From positions 45,330-109,329 of the forward strand of contig CAKZSU010000007.1 of the NCBI GenBank assembly GCA_937921305.1: 64,000 nucleotides of DNA, read 5' to 3'. Made by a program: the position numbers and the translations under genes. Below, piece by piece: positions 58,702 to 64,000 of the stretch. The stretch comes from an uncultured Patescibacteria group bacterium (GTDB lineage: Bacteria > Patescibacteriota > Microgenomatia > UBA10105 > UBA927). Each line of letters starts with the position of its first letter. The stretch's first letter is position 1. The notes below the pieces were generated by a model. The model saw only the letters and a list, made by a program, of their open reading frames with translations, was not told the DNA's origin and did not search any database.

Positions 58702-61700
58702 ATGAATCAACAACAAGAGCAAACTCAAACACAGCGACACCTTACTATTCTTAACGCAATTGATAAGTTATCAGCGATAACAGCAGAAACAGATGAGGGA
58801 AAAGAGAAGATAATAAACCTCTACGATTCATACAAAAACATAGTCTCTCGATTCATCCAAGAAAAAAGCCAGCTAGATGATTCTGCGAAAACTCTTTACG
58901 ATCGACTCTCATTTTCTGGGGTTGAATCCCTTTCAAAACAAGACCTTGATAGTCTTCGAAGACTAATGTTTAGCGCGCTTATCATAGAAGAGGGGAAACT
59001 GTTTCAAACAAAAGAGAAAATAGAGGGTTCTCGTCCTGATCTCATGTTTGGTGAAACACTTATGGCCATAAACGAAGGTAGAGAGCAGGCAAAAAGAAAA
59101 AAACAGGAAAAAGATCGAGAATTTATAGAACAACTTGTCCTTCAATATGGATCGGCGCTCAGATTGTCTCCAGAAGAACAAAAATCTTCACAACAAACAC
59201 TTTTACAACAAGCGGCAAATCTTCGAAAAACCTATGGAGATCGAGTAATTCCAGAGAGTGTATATATTCAGGAGGTTAAAAAAGCAATTCAAAGATTAAA
59301 ACCGTTATCTTCGGTTCGTTTAATAACTTTTACCAATCCAAAAACACAATCCTTATATGAAAAAGCGATTGACTTCTATGAACAAGGAACACTCTTTTCA
59401 AGACAAGGAATGGTGGGGCAACCAACAATAACTACCACCTCCCCACCTCTTGATAATACTCACACAGCTGGTACAACAGCTTTTCAATCCACATCGTATG
59501 AAGAATTACTTCGAGAATTGGGAAATGAACTTTTAGTAACAGTCATTTATTCTAAAATACCTAAAGAAAAAATAAATCAACTACGAATAGCAATAGCCAA
59601 CACACAAATTGAACAAAATGGGGTTGTTGTTTCTCCTGATGAATACATAGAAAAAATAACAACTATTTTATCTCACGAACCATCCCTTATCCCAAAAGAC
59701 TATGAACTTACTAATTCTTTTAAAGAGATCTATCAACGATTTCCAAATATTCAATCAATTTACCAAGAAGTAGAATCGTTTTACAGAGAAGAACGAACAT
59801 ATGAACTCCTTGCAAAAGAAATTGTTCGAAAACAAAAAGATCTTGCTATTAGAGACGATCTTCGAATTGTATATGCTCCATTTGTTGCACTAGAAGCTGC
59901 GACACATGTATTGTTAAAAACATCTCCACCAAACATTCCTCCAGAAGAAATCATTGAAAAAGCAACAGCTTTAGGAAATGTGTTTGTTGGTTATCAAATT
60001 CAAGACTATCCAAACACATCAGAGGATATCGCGCGACTCATCCAAGAAAGCATCGGTTCTCGCTATGGCGATATAGTTCAGAAACAGTCTATTGAGTTGA
60101 TTGACAAAATTATCGGTCCACCAAGTCAAATTACTGAAGAAAGCAAAAAAGCCATGTTGTATGAATTCATACGAGCTGACATTCAAAGAGATCTTCTTCA
60201 GATTATAGAAAATAAAGAATTATTACAACGTATACTTACGAACAATGGTAACGGACCAATGACAAGCGAAGCATTTCAACTCTTTGTTCAAAGCCCATTA
60301 TTTGCCTTCATAGAACAAACAATCAAACAACAATCAAATCAACAACACGGAGGTGGTATTGGTGGACTTTTTCAAATTGTTTCTTCAGCGCAAGGACTTA
60401 CCAATCTCACTCCAGAAACCAATGCGGCGCTCTCATTTATTTTCACCGCGGGAGACCTGGTTGAAATTCAAAGAAATGAAGAGTTATATAACCGATTTAT
60501 TAGCGCGTTTCCTGAGTTATCAAAAGACGGAAAACTTCCAAAAACACCACAAGAAGCGTTTTTTGCGTTGGTTTTTGCTAGTGTTTATCCCAATGAACAA
60601 GAGCGCTTTTTTGAAACAATAAAAGAATCTCTTCGAGAAGATCCAAGTGGAAAATTTTACCATCTTGGGTGGCTAAACCATATGATCGATCATCTTAAAA
60701 AAGAAGCTGCTCACCGATTATTATTACTGAGCAAGCCATATATCACCAACATTTTAAGACTTGGAAGGATAGATAAGTTACCATTTTTTTTGGGGAAAAA
60801 AATTTTCGGATCAATTGGTCGTGGATTAGTAAAAATTGGAATTGGTAAGGTCGCATCACTTGCAACAAAGTCTGCATTATTCCTTACCGGTCCAGTTGGG
60901 GCAGCCATTGAGACTGCTTCAAGGGTATTAGATATGGTAAAAATATTAGCCATATATATATTTGGCGATGTTTCTTTTATAAAAAAAGGCATAGAATCAA
61001 TAAGTATAGTAAATATCATAGTTTATATACTGGGAGGAATCTTGCTTGGGGTTTATTTCTTCTCTTCTCCTCAATCAAATCCAGTATTGATAGAACAAAA
61101 AATTATTCAAAGTTCAATAGATGATTGGACACTTACAAGTGGAAGCAAAGATATTCCAATGATTAATTGTAGTCAAGAACCAACAAACCCTGTTTGTTCG
61201 ATTTGCTATACAAATGGACAAAGAGATCCAACAAAATGTATTTGGCCTGTTTCATCAGGGTGTATCACACAAGGACCCAATCCTAATCATAAAACAGAAC
61301 CAAATGGACAAGGAGTCGATATTGCAACAGAATTTAACACACCTATAAGAGCAATGTTCCCAGGAAGAGTGATTGAGGCTCGGTGGCATTTTGTTGATAA
61401 TCAAAAGACAGAAAATCCCAATTATGGTAACATGGTCCGAATAAAAACATCAACAAACCCTTCATTTATTATTGTTTATGCTCACTTACGACAAACAAAT
61501 ACTGTACAACAAGGAGATACTGTAACTCCAGACACAATCATTGGATATGTTGATAACACTGGTTACGGAACAGGAACACATTTGCATATGGAAATACAAG
61601 GTGTTCCCGCTGGAAACGTTTTGCCTTTTCCTGTTCCACCTTGTGTTGGATTATCTGATTGTTCAACTCAAATCTCAAACTCAGGAAATTCCTCTTGTTG

Positions 61701-61704
61701 GTAG
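58702..61704 (+). CDS. Large membrane protein with C-terminal M23 peptidase
   Basis: TM near residue 780; H..GVDIA, YGNMV, YAHL, NTGYGTGTHLH. Confidence 0.8.
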   Translation: MNQQQEQTQTQRHLTILNAIDKLSAITAETDEGKEKIINLYDSYKNIVSRFIQEKSQLDDSAKTLYDRLSFSGVESLSKQDLDSLRRLMFSALIIEEGKLFQTKEKIEGSRPDLMFGETLMAINEGREQAKRKKQEKDREFIEQLVLQYGSALRLSPEEQKSSQQTLLQQAANLRKTYGDRVIPESVYIQEVKKAIQRLKPLSSVRLITFTNPKTQSLYEKAIDFYEQGTLFSRQGMVGQPTITTTSPPLDNTHTAGTTAFQSTSYEELLRELGNELLVTVIYSKIPKEKINQLRIAIANTQIEQNGVVVSPDEYIEKITTILSHEPSLIPKDYELTNSFKEIYQRFPNIQSIYQEVESFYREERTYELLAKEIVRKQKDLAIRDDLRIVYAPFVALEAATHVLLKTSPPNIPPEEIIEKATALGNVFVGYQIQDYPNTSEDIARLIQESIGSRYGDIVQKQSIELIDKIIGPPSQITEESKKAMLYEFIRADIQRDLLQIIENKELLQRILTNNGNGPMTSEAFQLFVQSPLFAFIEQTIKQQSNQQHGGGIGGLFQIVSSAQGLTNLTPETNAALSFIFTAGDLVEIQRNEELYNRFISAFPELSKDGKLPKTPQEAFFALVFASVYPNEQERFFETIKESLREDPSGKFYHLGWLNHMIDHLKKEAAHRLLLLSKPYITNILRLGRIDKLPFFLGKKIFGSIGRGLVKIGIGKVASLATKSALFLTGPVGAAIETASRVLDMVKILAIYIFGDVSFIKKGIESISIVNIIVYILGGILLGVYFFSSPQSNPVLIEQKIIQSSIDDWTLTSGSKDIPMINCSQEPTNPVCSICYTNGQRDPTKCIWPVSSGCITQGPNPNHKTEPNGQGVDIATEFNTPIRAMFPGRVIEARWHFVDNQKTENPNYGNMVRIKTSTNPSFIIVYAHLRQTNTVQQGDTVTPDTIIGYVDNTGYGTGTHLHMEIQGVPAGNVLPFPVPPCVGLSDCSTQISNSGNSSCW

Positions 61705-61741
61705 AGAATATATGGTTTGTTTATTATAACAATAAGAGAGT

Positions 61742-62695
61742 ATGAATAAAAAAATCTTGTTTTCTTTATTTGTTTTTTTAATTCTATTTGTGTTTGCATC
61801 AATTGCTTTTTTCATCTTCTCCTCAAAAAAAGAAAAACAAGTTGTTCTTCCACCATTAGAAAGTGTTCCAACATATCCATCAAGTCAAGAATTTGAATCA
61901 ATACCCGAATCGAATTTCTCATACATTACTGAACCACCGAAGATACCAAAAACACTTCCGGTTTTTACATATACCACAAAAGATATATTTCCGCTTGTTA
62001 TTGATTTTGCAAAGAAATCTAATTTCTCAATAAATTATACAGAAATTAGTCCTGGAATTTTTGATTTTCAAACAACATCAGCGCTTCTTACATTTAACAA
62101 ACAAGCACATTCTCTTTCGTTTTCTTGGAATATAAATAGTGGGAAGAGTATTTTTTCTTCTTATGAAGACGTTTTTAAAAAACTCGAAGAATCACAAATA
62201 ACACTGTCTTTTTCACTAAAAGAACGAAATGATAAACAAAATTTTGAAAACGAAGGGGATGTTGATCTTTCGAAACAATTACAAAGAAAAACTTTCGATC
62301 TGATTCTTCCAGTTGGATACCCTTTTATATTAGATCCTATTAATAGGACATCATTATCTTTTACAACACATGTTTTTAATGGGATAACTTCCTTCCTTGT
62401 TCGAATTCCTCCTGTCGAAATCACAAAAAAAGAAGATCGACTCATGATTCAAGCAGATGAAATCCTTCTCCTTTTAAAGAGCAAAAAAGCAGGATTATAT
62501 ACAGTAAGCAATATCCCTCCAACAACAATGTATACAACTCCCAATTTCACTCATGTATTTATTCAATCTGTAGACATTATATATATGAAATCTCCATCAG
62601 AAGAGCTTTTGATTCCGTTCTTTAAAATATCTGGTATTGGAAAAGGAAGACAAGAAGAACAATATGTTGAATTCTTTATGATTGGAATCAGATAA
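61742..62695 (+). CDS. Hypothetical exported/membrane-anchored protein
   Basis: N-terminal TM, 317 aa. Confidence 0.65.
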   Translation: MNKKILFSLFVFLILFVFASIAFFIFSSKKEKQVVLPPLESVPTYPSSQEFESIPESNFSYITEPPKIPKTLPVFTYTTKDIFPLVIDFAKKSNFSINYTEISPGIFDFQTTSALLTFNKQAHSLSFSWNINSGKSIFSSYEDVFKKLEESQITLSFSLKERNDKQNFENEGDVDLSKQLQRKTFDLILPVGYPFILDPINRTSLSFTTHVFNGITSFLVRIPPVEITKKEDRLMIQADEILLLLKSKKAGLYTVSNIPPTTMYTTPNFTHVFIQSVDIIYMKSPSEELLIPFFKISGIGKGRQEEQYVEFFMIGIR

Positions 62696-62709
62696 GATTG
62701 ATTTCCCTT

Positions 62710-63813
62710 TTATACCCTCACTGGCATAATAATGTGAAAAAATGAATCATCGTCTGGAGCAGTAAACATAACAGGATTTAACACTCCATTTATACGAATT
62801 ATTATATCTTCTGATGAAAATACGGATAGTGCTTCAAGAAGAAATCTACTATTAATCGCTATTACTCCACCCTCCCCCTCGACGCGCGCGTCAAGAGAAA
62901 TCGTATTCTCTCCAAGACTCGGAGCGCTTGCGGAAACATGAATAATCGACTGCTCTAGTGATACTTTAATGATCCCAACATTATCTCTTGCGAAAATCGC
63001 CGCGGATTTCACCGCTTGATGAAACAATTTTCTATCACATCGTGCTTCCGTAATGAAAGATTGGGGAATAATCTTCTTATAGTTCGGATACTCTCCATCT
63101 ATTCGTCGAGTCATAATATGTGTATCGTCAATAAAAAAGAATAGTTGTCCATCAACTGTCTCAGAAACTTGAATCGTCTTTTCTTCTTTTTCTTCCACAA
63201 TGTTTCTTATTATTTCAATAAGCGATCCCGAAGGAATAATCGTTGATTGTTGCATTATATTTTTTACGCCAGATAATCGTTTTAACGACAAACGATACCC
63301 ATCTGTTGAGACAAATGAAATTCCATACTCTGTGTTTTCAATTAATACACCGCGCAATACTGGTCTCGATTCATCAGATGAAACAAAAGGAAGAACGGTG
63401 TGAAGACCAGAAAGTAATACAGTGGACTCAAGAGTAACACCTTGGGAAGATGAATAATCAGGAAGAGATGGAAATTCACCAGCTGACAACGTTGGAAGAA
63501 TCGCTTTTGCATTTGTTGTTTGAATAATAAGCGATTCATTGTCTAACATAATATCAATTGTTTGATTTGGAAGCGATTGAATCAACTCAAGAAACAATTT
63601 CCCTGGAATACATACGCTTCCTTCTTCTTTCACTTTTGATGGCACTATTGTTCGAATAGTAGATTCTATATTTGTGGTTGTTATTGTTGTTACTCCTTTC
63701 GTTGTGGATAACAATGCATATGACAGTATTGGTAATTGTGGTTTAGATGAGAGAATTCGTGTTGTTTTCCCCAATGTTTTACACAAATGTTCTTGAAGAA
63801 TAGTAATATGCAT
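62710..63813 (-). CDS. dnaN: DNA polymerase III beta sliding clamp
   Basis: LPILS, RPVLRGV, STDGYRLS, GEYPNY, HIIMPVR. Confidence 0.96.
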   Translation of the reverse strand: MHITILQEHLCKTLGKTTRILSSKPQLPILSYALLSTTKGVTTITTTNIESTIRTIVPSKVKEEGSVCIPGKLFLELIQSLPNQTIDIMLDNESLIIQTTNAKAILPTLSAGEFPSLPDYSSSQGVTLESTVLLSGLHTVLPFVSSDESRPVLRGVLIENTEYGISFVSTDGYRLSLKRLSGVKNIMQQSTIIPSGSLIEIIRNIVEEKEEKTIQVSETVDGQLFFFIDDTHIMTRRIDGEYPNYKKIIPQSFITEARCDRKLFHQAVKSAAIFARDNVGIIKVSLEQSIIHVSASAPSLGENTISLDARVEGEGGVIAINSRFLLEALSVFSSEDIIIRINGVLNPVMFTAPDDDSFFHIIMPVRV

Positions 63814-63824
63814 ACTTATTTACC

Positions 63825-63971
63825 TAGTAGTTAGTAGTAAAAGTTTGTGTGGAAAAGTGTAAAACGATTAGGCGTATTCGTCAATCACGAAAAAACAATG
63901 TGAATAATTGTGGATATTATTGTGGATAAGATTGTGGATACTTATTGGTATGATTGTGGATTTGTGGATAG
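63825..63971. other. oriC: Replication origin region (DnaA boxes plus DnaA-trio-like TAG repeats)
   Basis: TGTG(G/A)A-type boxes at 63848, 63899, 63909, 63921 (perfect TGTGGATAA), 63933, 63955, 63963; TAGTAGTTAGTAGTAA at 63825-63840. Confidence 0.85.
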
Positions 63972-64000
63972 AGAAAATAATGATGCCTTGATATCTTCTA
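63942..64000 (-). CDS. Probable 3' end of dnaA
   Basis: Open frame EDIKASLFSLSTNPQSYQ* entering from the window edge upstream of dnaN; identity inferred from synteny only. Confidence 0.4.
   Translation of the reverse strand, partial: EDIKASLFSLSTNPQSYQ

Noticed and set aside
1-64000. CRISPR array or cas genes
   Set aside because: No regularly spaced repeat-spacer array was seen; the 12-bp and Pro/Thr repeats are coding and lack spacers.

Overview
A 64-kb chromosomal segment of a Patescibacteria (CPR) bacterium. The lineage is probably Microgenomates-like, inferred from gene content: CPR-type pilin arrays, a VirB4/VirD4/PrgI cluster, a mevalonate operon, and tRNA-Ile(UAU) and tRNA-Arg(GCG). 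It uses the standard genetic code. The right end holds dnaN and a DnaA-box cluster (oriC), and most housekeeping genes lie on the - strand, pointing away from it. The left 5.4 kb is a decaying island integrated at the 3' end of tRNA-Ser(UGA). It carries a RhuM-like gene, a frameshifted restriction-modification fusion, a DUF5655 nuclease, an XRE regulator and a large serine recombinase pseudogene. The most striking unexplained structure is the ~300-nt recombinase leader: closed by its own stem, it holds three permuted antisense copies of parts of the recombinase ORF plus an alternative C-terminus. Other notable items are a tmRNA with a 34-aa coiled-coil-like tag, a cobalamin riboswitch with terminator ahead of an unknown gene and a VirD4-like ATPase, a standalone 5'-3' exonuclease ending in a clamp-binding motif, a GT-C/PBP2a-domain fusion, a TrpRS fused to a tRNA-binding OB fold, and an ECF-sigma-headed mevalonate operon between pilin arrays. 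All calls are by eye; no searches were run.
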